A DNA stretch of 64,000 nt, from contig CAZDGP010000002.1 of the NCBI GenBank assembly GCA_964505085.1, forward strand, positions 32,421 to 96,420. The letters are read 5' to 3'. The notes beneath the pieces were generated by a model. The model was not told the origin of the DNA and did no database searches. It saw only the letters and a list, made by a program, of their open reading frames with translations. This document shows, in pieces, positions 46,660-57,136 of the stretch. Each line of letters begins with the position of its first letter. The stretch's first letter is position 1. This DNA is from an uncultured Thermoplasmatales archaeon (GTDB lineage: Archaea > Thermoplasmatota > SW-10-69-26 > JACQPN01 > CAZDGP01). A program made the translations under genes and the position numbers.

Positions 46660-48867
46660 CTACCCAGCGTAGTACGCGGCCCCGTAGGGCTCGGGCTTGA
46701 GGCCCTTCCGCTGCCGGATCTCGCTCGTGACCTCACTGAGGAGGCTCTGGGGCACGCTGTCGAAGCCCGCGTGCTCCGTGCTCCAGAGGGCACGGCCGCC
46801 GGTGGCGGAGCGGATGGCGTTGCTGAACCCGAACATCTCGCCCACGGGTGCCTTGGCGTGGATCGTGGTCATGTCGCCCTCCTGCTCCATGTCCTCGATG
46901 ACGCCGCGGCGCTGCTGCAGCTCCCGCGTGGCGTCGCCCATGACATCCTGGGGTACGCTGATGTACACCTTCTGCATGGGCTCCAGGAGCTCCGTGCCGG
47001 CCTCGGTCATGGCGCCGTAGACGGCGTTCCGCACGGCGGGGATGACCTGGGCGGGACCCCGGTGGATGGCGTCCTCGTGGAGCTTCGCGTCGTGGAGTCG
47101 CACCATGACGCCGCGGCAGGGCTCGTTGGCCCGGGGACCGCTCTCCATCACCTGCTCGTAGGCCTCGATGACGAGCTCGATGGTCTCGTGGAGGTACTGG
47201 ATACCCTTCGTGTCGTCCACGAGGAGGTTGTACCCGCTGGTGGCCCGCCAGTTCCGGATGAAGTCCCGGTCGATGTCCCACTCGTCCGCGAACTCCTTCG
47301 CCAGGTCCTTCGCATCCTGCTTCTTGATCTTCCCCTCGGGGACGTCACCCTCGTGGATGAGGTCCACGATCTGGTCGGGGAGGGGTTCCACGGTGACGTA
47401 GAACCGGTTGTGCTTGTTCGGGGACTTCCCCTCGAACTCCCGGGGGCTCGGCTTCTTGATGTGCTCCCGGTACACCACGATGGGCGGGCTCGTTTCCACC
47501 TCCACCTCGTGCTCATGCACGATGCGGTGCTCGGTGATCTCCAGGTGGAGCTCCCCCATGCCGCTCATGAGGTGCTCCCCGGTCTCCTGGTCGATCTGCA
47601 CCTGGATGCTGGGGTCGGCCTTGCTCACGGAGTGGAGCACCTGCACGAGCTTCGGAAGGTCCCGCATGTGCTTCGCCTCCACGGCCACCGTGACCACGGG
47701 CTCGCTCACGTGCACGATCTTCTCGAAGGGCTCCATGTCGCCCAGGCTCGAGACGGTGGACCCCGCGATGGCGTCCCGGAGGCCCGTGACGGCGACGATG
47801 TTGCCGGCAACGACCTCCTCCACCTGCACGCGGTCGTTCCCCACCATGACGCTCACCTGCTGGGTGCGGTTCGTGCCGGCGAAGCCCAGGATGTGGAGGT
47901 TCTGACCCTTCTGTACGCTGCCGCTGAAGACACGGCCGAAGACCACCTCGCCCGCGTGGGGGTCCATGATGATCTTCGTCACCATGATGGTGATGGGGCC
48001 GCTGGGGTCGGTCTCCACCATGGCCTTGCCCACCTCGGACTCGAGGTCGCCGTCCCAGATGTTGGGGATCCGGTACTTCTGCGCCACGTCGGCGCTGGGA
48101 AGGTGCCGGATGACCATGTTGAGCAGGACCTCGTGGACGGGAGCCTCCTTCCGGAGCTTGAGGAACTCCTCGTCCCGGTTCCAGTTGTAGATGTCCTCGA
48201 AGGTGATGCCGGTCTTCTCCATGTACGGCATGTTGATGGCCCAGTTGTAGAGGGCGGACCCGAAGGCTACGGAACCGTCCTCCACCTTGACCTTCCACTC
48301 GCCCTTGAACTCGTGGGGCACCATCTTCGTGATGAGGTCGTTCACCTGGCGGATGACCTTGATGAACTGCTGCTGCATCTCCTGGGGGTCGACCTTGAGC
48401 TCGTTGATGAGCCGGTCCACCTTGTTGATGAAGAGCACGGGCTTCACCTTCTCCCGGAGCGCCTGCCGCACCACGGTCTCGGTCTGGGGCATGACGCCCT
48501 CCACGGCGTCCACCACGATGACGGCGCCGTCCACGGCGCGCATGGCGCGGGTGACGTCGCCGCCGAAGTCCACGTGGCCGGGGGTGTCGATGAGGTTGAT
48601 GAGGAAGTCATCGCCCTCGAAGTCGTGCACCATGCTGGCGCTGGCAGCGTTGATGGTGATGCCGCGCTCCTGCTCCTGCTCGTCGAAGTCCAGTGCCAGC
48701 TGTTGGCCCGCCAGCTCCTCCGACATCATGCCGGCGCCGGCGAGGAGGTTGTCCGAGAGCGTCGTCTTGCCGTGATCGATGTGAGCCGCGATCCCGATGT
48801 TCCGGATCTGCTCCGGCTCGTACATGATCTCCTTGGCTTTCGCGATGTTGTCCTCTTTCCGTCCCAC
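46660..48867 (-). CDS. fusA: Archaeal elongation factor 2
   Basis: GTG start (MGRKEDN); [41 protein letters not shown]. Confidence 0.97.
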   Translation of the reverse strand: MGRKEDNIAKAKEIMYEPEQIRNIGIAAHIDHGKTTLSDNLLAGAGMMSEELAGQQLALDFDEQEQERGITINAASASMVHDFEGDDFLINLIDTPGHVDFGGDVTRAMRAVDGAVIVVDAVEGVMPQTETVVRQALREKVKPVLFINKVDRLINELKVDPQEMQQQFIKVIRQVNDLITKMVPHEFKGEWKVKVEDGSVAFGSALYNWAINMPYMEKTGITFEDIYNWNRDEEFLKLRKEAPVHEVLLNMVIRHLPSADVAQKYRIPNIWDGDLESEVGKAMVETDPSGPITIMVTKIIMDPHAGEVVFGRVFSGSVQKGQNLHILGFAGTNRTQQVSVMVGNDRVQVEEVVAGNIVAVTGLRDAIAGSTVSSLGDMEPFEKIVHVSEPVVTVAVEAKHMRDLPKLVQVLHSVSKADPSIQVQIDQETGEHLMSGMGELHLEITEHRIVHEHEVEVETSPPIVVYREHIKKPSPREFEGKSPNKHNRFYVTVEPLPDQIVDLIHEGDVPEGKIKKQDAKDLAKEFADEWDIDRDFIRNWRATSGYNLLVDDTKGIQYLHETIELVIEAYEQVMESGPRANEPCRGVMVRLHDAKLHEDAIHRGPAQVIPAVRNAVYGAMTEAGTELLEPMQKVYISVPQDVMGDATRELQQRRGVIEDMEQEGDMTTIHAKAPVGEMFGFSNAIRSATGGRALWSTEHAGFDSVPQSLLSEVTSEIRQRKGLKPEPYGAAYYAG

Positions 48868-49127
48868 GTGGATCAGCTCCGTGATGAGGGACCTTCGGGA
48901 GAAGGTTCCTTGGATCTTCAAGGGGGGCCCGGGGGCCCGCCTCGGGGGGTATATCGGGCACCTCATTATAAGGCTTTGGACGCGCGGGAGCGCGCCTCCG
49001 ATGCTCCCCGGTGGGGTCGGTGGGGTATAACGGTTGCGTGAGGAAGGTTGGCAAGGGGGGAGGGAGGATGAGCTCGCGGCCGCGGGATCGCGCTGCAACC
49101 CCGCGACGCGACCTTTGTCGGCTCCGC

Positions 49128-49491
49128 AGAAGCCCGGAGGGCTTCGAGGATGCCCACCGCGGGAGCGCAGCGAGCGCGGTGGCAGTCGCCAAATCAGCGA
49201 GCTGATTTGGCCAGTTCGGAACCGCGCTGCGGTTCCGAAGTTCGACCGTGCCGGGAGAGCCCGAAGGGCCGGCAGGTCAGCCAGACCGAGGAACGAGGGA
49301 GGGCTGGCCTGGCGATGGGCTGGGACCCGGCACGGTCTCTCGCGAAGTCGTCGCTAACGCGGCGGAGATGAAGGAAGGGGTAGAGAACACGCGGAACTGC
49401 GCTGCAGTTCCGCGATGCCACCGAACAGGGGAGAGAAGGGCAGCGACGCCTGTTCGGTGGGCATGGCGAAGTCAGCGAGCTGACTTCGCCA
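49128..49491. repeat. Mosaic of palindromes between rps7 and fusA (REP/BIME-like element or structured RNA)
   Basis: Hairpins at 49151-49184, 49188-49211, 49215-49239, 49244-49337, 49390-49414, 49415-49464 and 49464-49491. Confidence 0.8.
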
Positions 49492-50044
49492 CCCGCTCGA
49501 CCTCGTCCTTCCGGGAGACCCCGTAGGAACGTTGGTCGTTCTTGCTCCCCTGGATGATCTCCTGGGCGAGGCACTCCGCGATGCCCTTGGGGTTCTTGTG
49601 GCTGGAGTTCACCGCGCCGGTGCAGACGTTGCGGATGGCGGTGTCGAGGCGGCGACCGGGCGCCGTGTCCACGGCCTTGGGGACGCTGATGCCACCGTAG
49701 CGCAGCCGCGTGACCTCCTCGCGGGGTGCGCTGTTCTCCAGGGCCTCCACGAGGACCTGGACGGGGTTCGCGTCGAGCTTGTCGTGGACGATGTCGAAGG
49801 CGTCGCGCACGGCCTTGTAGGCGCTGTGCTTCTTGCCGGTGAACTTCTCACCGCGCATGAGCTCGTTGATGACGCGCTCCACGATGCTCACCTTCTGGTT
49901 GCCGAAGGGGCGGTTCGCGTGGCGGGCGCCGCTGTGGGCGACGATGACGGGCTCGAGGTTGATGTAGTTCTCCAGGCCCTTGTCGTTCACCACGACCTCG
50001 TTCAGGTCCCACTTGTCGAAGAGGAGGGGGGCTTCGTATGCCAT
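49472..50044 (-). CDS. rps7: 30S ribosomal protein uS7
   Basis: ATG at 50044; NPVQVLVEALENSAPREEVTRLRYGG, ERVAKSAR. Confidence 0.96.
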   Translation of the reverse strand: MAYEAPLLFDKWDLNEVVVNDKGLENYINLEPVIVAHSGARHANRPFGNQKVSIVERVINELMRGEKFTGKKHSAYKAVRDAFDIVHDKLDANPVQVLVEALENSAPREEVTRLRYGGISVPKAVDTAPGRRLDTAIRNVCTGAVNSSHKNPKGIAECLAQEIIQGSKNDQRSYGVSRKDEVERVAKSAR

Positions 50045-50049
50045 GTGGT

Positions 50050-50478
50050 TCACCGCATGGGCTTCTCGATGCGTCCCTCGACGAGCTCCACGAGAGCCAC
50101 GCCGTTCACCTTGATGACCTTGTAGCGCACGCCGGGGATGTCCCCGTAGGAACGGCCCATGGCGCCGCCGATCCCCTCGAGCATGACCTCGTCGTGCTCG
50201 TCGATGTAGTTGATGGCGCCGTCGCCGGGGGCGAAGGCCGTGACCATGCGACCGTTCTTGATGAGCTGCACCTTCACGCACTTGCGGATGGCGCTGTTCG
50301 GTTGCTTGGCCTCGATACCCACCTTCTCCAGGACGATGCCCCGACCTTGGGGTGTGCCCTCGAGGGGGTCGGCCTTCTCCTTGAGCTTGAGAACCCGCTT
50401 CTTGTAGTACCGGTCGCTCCACCGGAACTTCTGCCGGTCCTTCTTGAGCTTCCGGGCAGCGTACTTGCCTTTCGCCAT
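50050..50478 (-). CDS. rps12: 30S ribosomal protein uS12
   Basis: [37 protein letters not shown] promoter at about 50575-50582. Confidence 0.97.
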   Translation of the reverse strand: MAKGKYAARKLKKDRQKFRWSDRYYKKRVLKLKEKADPLEGTPQGRGIVLEKVGIEAKQPNSAIRKCVKVQLIKNGRMVTAFAPGDGAINYIDEHDEVMLEGIGGAMGRSYGDIPGVRYKVIKVNGVALVELVEGRIEKPMR

Positions 50479-50657
50479 GGGGAGGTCACCTGCGATGAGG
50501 GGAAGTGCCCGCCGGATCCGGTTCCCACAGGGGGTCGGGGCCAGGGGACGCAGCCCCCGATACGGCATCATCCTATATAAGGTTGGTGGGGCGTTTCGGG
50601 GGTGGATCCACGGCGGATGCGAGAGGGGGGGAGGGGGTGGTGGGAGCGGCGCCAGTG

Positions 50658-52256
50658 TCAGGCCTCGGCCTCGGCGGCCACGCCGGCGGGACTGGGTTCC
50701 CTTGGCGGTTCGAAGGTGTCCCACTCGATGGGGGAGACGTCGAGCCAGGGGTCGTCCTCCACGGTGGGCTCCTCGCGGAAGCTCCGCCAGATGGCCCACA
50801 CGAAGAAGAGCTGACCCAGCGCCAGCACCCAGGCGCCGATGGTGGCGAGCTGGTTCATGAACTGGAACGCCTCGAGGTAATCGTACACGCGCCGGGGCAT
50901 GCCCGCGAGGCCCACCAGGTGCATCGTCATGAACACGAGGTTCATCCCGATGAGGGTGGTCCAGAAGTGGGCGAGGCCGAGCTTGCGGTCGAGCACGCGC
51001 CCGAACATGCGGGGCCACCAGTAGTAGAGGCCGGCGAAGACGCCCAGCACGCTGCCTCCGAAGAGCACGTAGTGGATGTGGCTCACCACCCAGTAGGTGT
51101 CGTGGAGCTGGTAGTCCACGGGGATGCTCGCCATGAAGATGCCGTCGACGCCGCCGATGACGAACATGGCGAGGAACCCGAGGCACCAGAGGAAGGGGAG
51201 CTTCGTGTTCGTGCGACCGCCCCAGATGGTGGCGATCCAGTTGAACATCTTGACGCCCGTCGGGACGCCGATGATCATGGTGGTGAACATGAACCCGGCG
51301 CGGATGCGGGGGTCGATGCCCGTGGTGAACATGTGGTGGGCCCACACGGTGAAGCCCAGGAACCCGATGGCGCTGATGCTGTAGGCCATGGCGTGGTACC
51401 CGAAGATGGGGCGGTCCACCATGCGGGGGATGATCTCGCTGATGATGCCCATGGCGGGGAGGATCATGACGTAGACAGCGGGATGGCTGTAGAACCAGAA
51501 GAGGTGCTGGTACAGGACGGGGTCGCCGCTGGCCACGAAGAAGAGCGTCCCCAGGTTCCGGTCGAGGAAGTTCATGAGGATCGCGTTCCCGATCATGGGC
51601 GTGGCGAAGGTGATGAGCACCGCCGTGATGAACTGAGCCCACACGAAGAGGCTCATGTTGTGGAAGTGGATGCCGGGCTTCCGCATCTTGAGGGTGGTGA
51701 CGATGAAGTTCACGGCACCCATCATGCTGCTGATGCCCACGAGGTGGATGGCGGTGATCCACAGGTCCACGCCGGGGGCGCCGGCGGACCCGATCTGGGA
51801 GCCTGCGACGCCGGCAAGCGGCGGGTACGCGGTCCAGCCCACGGCGGCCACCGTCTCCCCGAACTCGATGCCCGGGAGGAACCCGATGATGACGCCGGTG
51901 TAGAGGAGCATGCCGGCGCTGAGGTACGTCCAGTAGCTCAGGGCGTTGAGCCGGGGGTAGGCCATGTCGGGGGCGCCGATGAGGAGCGGCAGGAAGTAGT
52001 TCCCGAAGGCCGCCATGATGGGGATGATGAAGAAGAAGATCATCGTCGTGCCATGGAGGCTGAACATGTTGTAGAAGAACCCGGGGTCCACGATGGTCCG
52101 CCCCGTGCTCCAGAGCTCCGTGCGCACGATGAGGGCGGCGATGCCACCCAGGAGGAAGAAGACGGCGCTCGTCCAGAGGTAGAGGATACCGATCTTCTTG
52201 TGGTCCGTGGTGAGGACCCACCGCTTCCACGCGGGGACGTTGCCGTGGGCACCCAC
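50658..52256 (-). CDS. coxA: Heme-copper oxidase subunit I (A2 type)
   Basis: [47 protein letters not shown]. Confidence 0.95.
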   Translation of the reverse strand: MGAHGNVPAWKRWVLTTDHKKIGILYLWTSAVFFLLGGIAALIVRTELWSTGRTIVDPGFFYNMFSLHGTTMIFFFIIPIMAAFGNYFLPLLIGAPDMAYPRLNALSYWTYLSAGMLLYTGVIIGFLPGIEFGETVAAVGWTAYPPLAGVAGSQIGSAGAPGVDLWITAIHLVGISSMMGAVNFIVTTLKMRKPGIHFHNMSLFVWAQFITAVLITFATPMIGNAILMNFLDRNLGTLFFVASGDPVLYQHLFWFYSHPAVYVMILPAMGIISEIIPRMVDRPIFGYHAMAYSISAIGFLGFTVWAHHMFTTGIDPRIRAGFMFTTMIIGVPTGVKMFNWIATIWGGRTNTKLPFLWCLGFLAMFVIGGVDGIFMASIPVDYQLHDTYWVVSHIHYVLFGGSVLGVFAGLYYWWPRMFGRVLDRKLGLAHFWTTLIGMNLVFMTMHLVGLAGMPRRVYDYLEAFQFMNQLATIGAWVLALGQLFFVWAIWRSFREEPTVEDDPWLDVSPIEWDTFEPPREPSPAGVAAEAEA

Positions 52257-52257
52257 G

Positions 52258-53130
52258 CTAGATCACCCCCACGTAGATGACGAGGTAGAGGACGATCCAC
52301 ACCACGTCCACGAAGTGCCAGTAGATGGCGAAGGCGGCGAGGCTCGTGTGGCGCTCGGTGCTGTAGGCCCCCTTGAGGGTGCGGTAGAGGGCCACGCCCA
52401 GGAGGCAGATGCCCAGGAGCACGTGGACCCCGTGGGTGCCCGTGAGGAGGTAGAAGATGCTGCCGAACTGGCTGCTTCCGAGGGTGAGGCCGTGGCTGAT
52501 GAGCCCCATGTACTCCTTCACCTGGACCGCGAGGAAGATGATGCCCAGGAGGATGGCTCCCACGAGGCCGTTGCGGAGCCCATCGAGGTCGTTCCCGTCC
52601 TTGAGCTTCTTCTCACCCCAGTGGAGCACGAAGCCGCTGGAGACCAGGATGGCGGTGTTCACGGTGACGAGGGCAAGCTCCTCGGTGACGAGGTGGTGGG
52701 CCTCGGCCCACGCTTGAGGGTCGGCCGCCCGGAAGACGAAGTAGGTCGCGAAGAGCCCGCCGAAGAGCATGACCTCCGTGGCCAGGAACCCGACGATGCC
52801 CCACCATCCCACGGGCTTCCCCGGGCGGACGCCGGGGAGGCGGTACCCGGTCTCCCAGTCGTGCATGGCCTCGCCAGCCCAGCGGAGGAGACCCCAGGCC
52901 ACCACGGCGAGGCCGAGAGGCGCGATGACGGGCACCGGAAGGATCCACGCGCCCACGGGCAGCTCGAAGGCGAGGCCCAGGTACGCGAAGAAGGCGCCGA
53001 CACCCACGATGAGCGGTGCGGTGCTGAGGTGGTGCTCCACCTCGTGCTCGTCCTCGGTGACGGACCCGTCGGACCCGGTAGCCGCCTGCGTGGCCAAGGG
53101 TGGTTTCCTCCGCGCGGCGGATGCCCCCAT
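52258..53130 (-). CDS. coxC: Heme-copper oxidase subunit III with two extra N-terminal TM segments (start uncertain)
   Basis: FLATEVMLF, NT.ILVSS, FYLLTGTHG.HV, YWHFVDVVW. Confidence 0.9.
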   Translation of the reverse strand: MGASAARRKPPLATQAATGSDGSVTEDEHEVEHHLSTAPLIVGVGAFFAYLGLAFELPVGAWILPVPVIAPLGLAVVAWGLLRWAGEAMHDWETGYRLPGVRPGKPVGWWGIVGFLATEVMLFGGLFATYFVFRAADPQAWAEAHHLVTEELALVTVNTAILVSSGFVLHWGEKKLKDGNDLDGLRNGLVGAILLGIIFLAVQVKEYMGLISHGLTLGSSQFGSIFYLLTGTHGVHVLLGICLLGVALYRTLKGAYSTERHTSLAAFAIYWHFVDVVWIVLYLVIYVGVI

Positions 53131-53218
53131 CTGGTAGAAGTAGTTTTCCCCGACCTCCGGTGGACCACCGTGGAGCAAACATTTTTAGCAACCTTCTCCG
53201 TTGCGCCCCCCAGTCCCC

Positions 53219-54247
53219 ATGCCTCCCAGGAACCTACTCCCCGGGTTGTCCGCGGTGCTCCTCCTGTCCATGGTGGCCCTGGCCCCCATGGCTGCGGCCC
53301 AGGTGGGTGAGGAGTACTACGTGCCGCCGGCCACGGACCTCGCCGACCAGGTGCAGGGCCTCTTCAACCTCATCTTCTGGATCGGTCTCGCGGTCCTCGT
53401 CTTCGTGGAGGTCCTCATCGTGGTGGCCTTCGTGAAGTTCCGGGACAACGAGGACGTGCCGGAGAACGAGACGCGCCGGGGCAACCACCGCCTGGAGATC
53501 GCGTGGACGGCGGTGCCCGCCGTCATCCTGCTCCTCGTGGGGGGCCTGAGCGCGGGCACGCTCTTCGAGCTCGACCACGTGCCCGAGGATGCGGACTTCG
53601 CCGTGGGCGTGGACGCCCAGCAGTTCGCGTGGGTGAGCACGTACCCCATCTCCGAGGACGGGGCGGAGCTCCGCCCGAGCTTCAACACGCTCCGGGTGGA
53701 GGAGGGCTCCACCGTGCAGATGGACATCACCGCCAGCGACGTCATCCACAGCCTGTGGGTGCCGGAGTTCGCCATCAAGATCGACGCCGTGCCAGGCCGC
53801 ACGAACCACCAGTGGTTCCACACGCCCGCGTACGAGGAGGGCGGGGACAACGAGTACTTCCTCCAGTGCGCCGAGTACTGCGGCGTGGGCCACCACGACA
53901 TGCAGGGGAGCATCGTGGTCTTCCCCGAGGGTGAGCAGAACGTTCCCTACGGCACCGTGCCCCGGGACGAGGCCGTCACCTTCACCCTGGGGGAGGCGGG
54001 TGCCCCCGCGGACGTGGACCCCGCGAACCTGGAGATGGCCCTGGGCGAGGGCCTCCACCTCACGGTGGTGAACCCCGCGAACAACACGGAGGCCGCGAGC
54101 TTCGTGGTCCCCGGGTACGACGTGGGGTCCCCCACGCTCCAACCCGGTGCGCGCTGGAGCTACAAGCTCTTCCTCACGGACGAGGGGACCTTCGAGTACG
54201 GGACGCCGGAGGGCGGGCTCGACGGCACCCTCACGGTGTCCCCGTAA
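53219..54247 (+). CDS. coxB: Heme-copper oxidase subunit II (CuA) with an extra C-terminal cupredoxin-like domain
   Basis: LEIAWT, DVIHS.W, DAVPG, CAEYCGVGHHDM. Confidence 0.92.
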   Translation: MPPRNLLPGLSAVLLLSMVALAPMAAAQVGEEYYVPPATDLADQVQGLFNLIFWIGLAVLVFVEVLIVVAFVKFRDNEDVPENETRRGNHRLEIAWTAVPAVILLLVGGLSAGTLFELDHVPEDADFAVGVDAQQFAWVSTYPISEDGAELRPSFNTLRVEEGSTVQMDITASDVIHSLWVPEFAIKIDAVPGRTNHQWFHTPAYEEGGDNEYFLQCAEYCGVGHHDMQGSIVVFPEGEQNVPYGTVPRDEAVTFTLGEAGAPADVDPANLEMALGEGLHLTVVNPANNTEAASFVVPGYDVGSPTLQPGARWSYKLFLTDEGTFEYGTPEGGLDGTLTVSP

Positions 54248-54290
54248 CCCGGGCACCCACCCGTCTCCCCCTGGTCCTTCGCCTTCCTCG

Positions 54291-57035
54291 TTACCCTGCA
54301 GCAGGGTAGGGTGGCACGTCCACCACCTGACCCTCCAGCACGGCCTCGTCCGGAACCTCCACCTGGAGGGCTCGGGCGGGCGCGTCGGGCGGGTCCACGT
54401 GCACCGTGTAGCTGCCGCGGCTCACCACGTCCCGTCCCGCCTCCCCCGTGGGGGGCCCGGTGGCGTAGCTTACGCGGAGCCGGTACGTGCCGTCGGCCCC
54501 TGCGAGGGTGGTGCGCTCGTACCCGAAGGTGCGGTCGCTACCCGTGGTGAGGGTGACGTTGGCGGTGACGTTGCTCCCGGCGGGAGCTTCCCCCGCGAGC
54601 ACCGCGCCCTCCACGCGCTCGAAGGTGTCGAGGGTGCTCGTCACGTGGGCGTTGTACGCCAGGCCCACCACCTGGTTCCCGTTGAGGGTCCGCACCTGGA
54701 AGGGTTCGCCCCGGGCGGCCGCCTGGAAGGCCGCCTGCTCGTCCACCGGCACCACGCCGCAGCGGGCGCTGGGGAACATCGTGTGGAAGCAGAGGGGGTT
54801 CCCGTCACCCTGGATGGGGGCGACGCTTCCCACGAACCGCAGGTCCGGGGACTCCCGCACGAGGCGCACGTTGGGGAGGCCGTCGGCATCCAGCTCGAAG
54901 AGGTGGTACATGGTGCTCTCCCGGTACGCGTCGGTCATCTGGAGCACCCGGTGTTGCTCCCCGTCGGGGAACCCGATCTCCTTGACGCTGCTGGGATCGT
55001 CCCGGCTGGGGAAGTGGTGCCCGGCCTTGGCCCAGACGGTGATGGCGCCGAACTTCCCCGTGGCCATGGCGTCGTCGATCATGATGTAGCGCACGAACCC
55101 GTCACCTTCCCAGTCCCGGAGGAGGTCCTCGCTCTCCTCGGGGGGGTTGGTGAAGTACTCGCTGGCGAAGGGCGCCGCTTGCTGGAAGGGGTTCGCCACG
55201 GGCGGCCGCTCGCCGGTGAGCTGGATCCAGTGCCCGTAGTCCCACCAGGAGAGCACACCGTACCGCTCCGGGCTCATCTCCAGGGGGCCGTCGTGGTGCC
55301 CTGTGATGCTGAACCCGGGGATGCTGGGGGTGTTGTCCCGGAGCCACAGGAGCTCGGGCTCCCACTCCGCCTCCTCCCCTGGTCGCATGCTCTCGCTCAC
55401 CTTCCACGCTTGGAAGGGGCGGGCGTCGGTCTCCACCACGAGACCCGGAAGGAGGAAGAGCCCCACGAGGGCCACCGTCCCCAACTGCATGGGAAGGCTC
55501 GTGCCCGCCCCCCGGGCCTTGGCCTTCGTCCTGCGGCCCCGTTTCCGGCTGGAGCCCCCGCTCTTGGCTTGCTCCCCCGTGACGAGGCGCTGGAGGCGGT
55601 CCGCGAGACCCGTCCAGGTGGCGACGCGGGCCATGAGGACGCCGGCGAGCACCGCCACCACGACGCTCATGTAGTAGTTGAACCGCACCTGGTTCAGCGT
55701 GGCCACGGTGACGACGAGCCCCCAGATGAGGAGCACCGAGGGCGTGGTCTCGCCGCTGCGGAACGCCTCCCAACCCACCACCGCGAGGCCCGCGAGGGCG
55801 GGGATGACGAGGTACCCGTGCTGGTCCATGAGGCCTCCCCACCCGGTGGCCCGCACCTCGGCGATGGTGCTGACGCCGGTGCCGGCGTTGATGCCCGTGA
55901 CCCACACGAGGGCGCTCCGGAGGGACCCCACGACCTCCGGGAGGGCGAGGGCGAGGACCAGCACCGCCGCCAGGGCCGAGGCGGCGGCGAGGCCCGGGTA
56001 GGCTGCCTGGGGGAGGTCACGGCGCGTGGTCTCCCGGCGGAGCCCCTGGAGCACGAGGACGCCCACGGCGGAGATCACGAGGAGCAGGGGTTGCATGACG
56101 CTCACGCGGTGGAGGTGGAGGCCCTCCGTCCACCCGAAGGGCACGAGGACGAGGGCGGCCGCGAGGAAGGTGACGGTGGCCATCAGGGTGGTGCCGCCGG
56201 TGGGCTGGTCCCGGTGGTGGGCCACGAGGTAGCGGGTGAGGAGCGCGATGCCCAGGATGCCCACGAAGAGGATGCCGTAGTTCCATACGAGGAGGTAGAT
56301 GGCGAGCGCCAACCCGGCGAGGATGCTGGCGCCCACCACGTGGAGGAGGGGTCGCCGGGGAGCTTCCGTCAGGCGGGTGCGGAGGGTGTCCAGGTCCTCT
56401 GGCAGAGGGTTCCACAGGGGTTCGAGGTGGTCCTGGTGGGTCTTGGTGACGCGGTGCGCCCAGAGGAACGCGGCGATGGCGAGGGTGCTGAGGAGCGCCT
56501 CGGCCACGTGGTGGTCGAAGTACCCGGCGACGCTGCGCACGAGGAACTCGCCGCTGATGAAGGCGATGCTGACGGCGGCCCACGCGCCGGCGATGCGTCC
56601 TCCCGCCTGCCGGGCCACGAGCCACACGGGCACCACGGTGAGGGCGCCGAGGACCGCGGGGTAGATGGCGACGCCGGTGCGGATCGTCTCCATGCTCGGG
56701 GGTGAACCGCCGCCGACGAGGAGGAGGACGCCGGCGATGACGATGTCGAAGAGGGTGCCGAACTGCCCGCTGGCGGTGCCGAGGGGGTAGTACGTCCAGG
56801 GGTCGAAGGTGAGGACCTGGGGGAAGTGGTGGAGGGTGACGAGGACGTTCCGGAGGTGGTAGTAGGGGTCGGTGCCCACGAAGAAGACGGTGCCGTCCCG
56901 GGTGAGGGGTTCGAGGCTCTGGAGCCGCACCCACAGCATGAAGCCGAAGGCCGCCACCACGAGGGCGGCTTCGCCCAGGTGCACGAGCCATCGACGTTGC
57001 GTGGGCGTGAGAGAGCCCTCTTCCGGGGAGGTCAT
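54291..57035 (-). CDS. aglB: Oligosaccharyltransferase AglB (STT3 family)
   Basis: DPYYH, FDHH.AE, TIAE, SWWDYGHWI, ANPFQ, D..MA.GKF. Confidence 0.93.
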   Translation of the reverse strand: MTSPEEGSLTPTQRRWLVHLGEAALVVAAFGFMLWVRLQSLEPLTRDGTVFFVGTDPYYHLRNVLVTLHHFPQVLTFDPWTYYPLGTASGQFGTLFDIVIAGVLLLVGGGSPPSMETIRTGVAIYPAVLGALTVVPVWLVARQAGGRIAGAWAAVSIAFISGEFLVRSVAGYFDHHVAEALLSTLAIAAFLWAHRVTKTHQDHLEPLWNPLPEDLDTLRTRLTEAPRRPLLHVVGASILAGLALAIYLLVWNYGILFVGILGIALLTRYLVAHHRDQPTGGTTLMATVTFLAAALVLVPFGWTEGLHLHRVSVMQPLLLVISAVGVLVLQGLRRETTRRDLPQAAYPGLAAASALAAVLVLALALPEVVGSLRSALVWVTGINAGTGVSTIAEVRATGWGGLMDQHGYLVIPALAGLAVVGWEAFRSGETTPSVLLIWGLVVTVATLNQVRFNYYMSVVVAVLAGVLMARVATWTGLADRLQRLVTGEQAKSGGSSRKRGRRTKAKARGAGTSLPMQLGTVALVGLFLLPGLVVETDARPFQAWKVSESMRPGEEAEWEPELLWLRDNTPSIPGFSITGHHDGPLEMSPERYGVLSWWDYGHWIQLTGERPPVANPFQQAAPFASEYFTNPPEESEDLLRDWEGDGFVRYIMIDDAMATGKFGAITVWAKAGHHFPSRDDPSSVKEIGFPDGEQHRVLQMTDAYRESTMYHLFELDADGLPNVRLVRESPDLRFVGSVAPIQGDGNPLCFHTMFPSARCGVVPVDEQAAFQAAARGEPFQVRTLNGNQVVGLAYNAHVTSTLDTFERVEGAVLAGEAPAGSNVTANVTLTTGSDRTFGYERTTLAGADGTYRLRVSYATGPPTGEAGRDVVSRGSYTVHVDPPDAPARALQVEVPDEAVLEGQVVDVPPYPAAG

Positions 57036-57136
57036 GGTGACGAGGCCCAGAAGGCACCGCCTGGGCCTTGAACCCATCCCTTCGCGGTGGCGTGCTTCAG
57101 GGAGGTTCAAGTGACCGTGGCCGCTTGGGGGACGGG

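Noticed and set aside
50050..52230. 726-aa ORF ending in uS12, and the 316-aa extension of uS7
   Set aside because: Open-frame extensions that overlap coxA or rps12; the true starts are 50478 and 50044.
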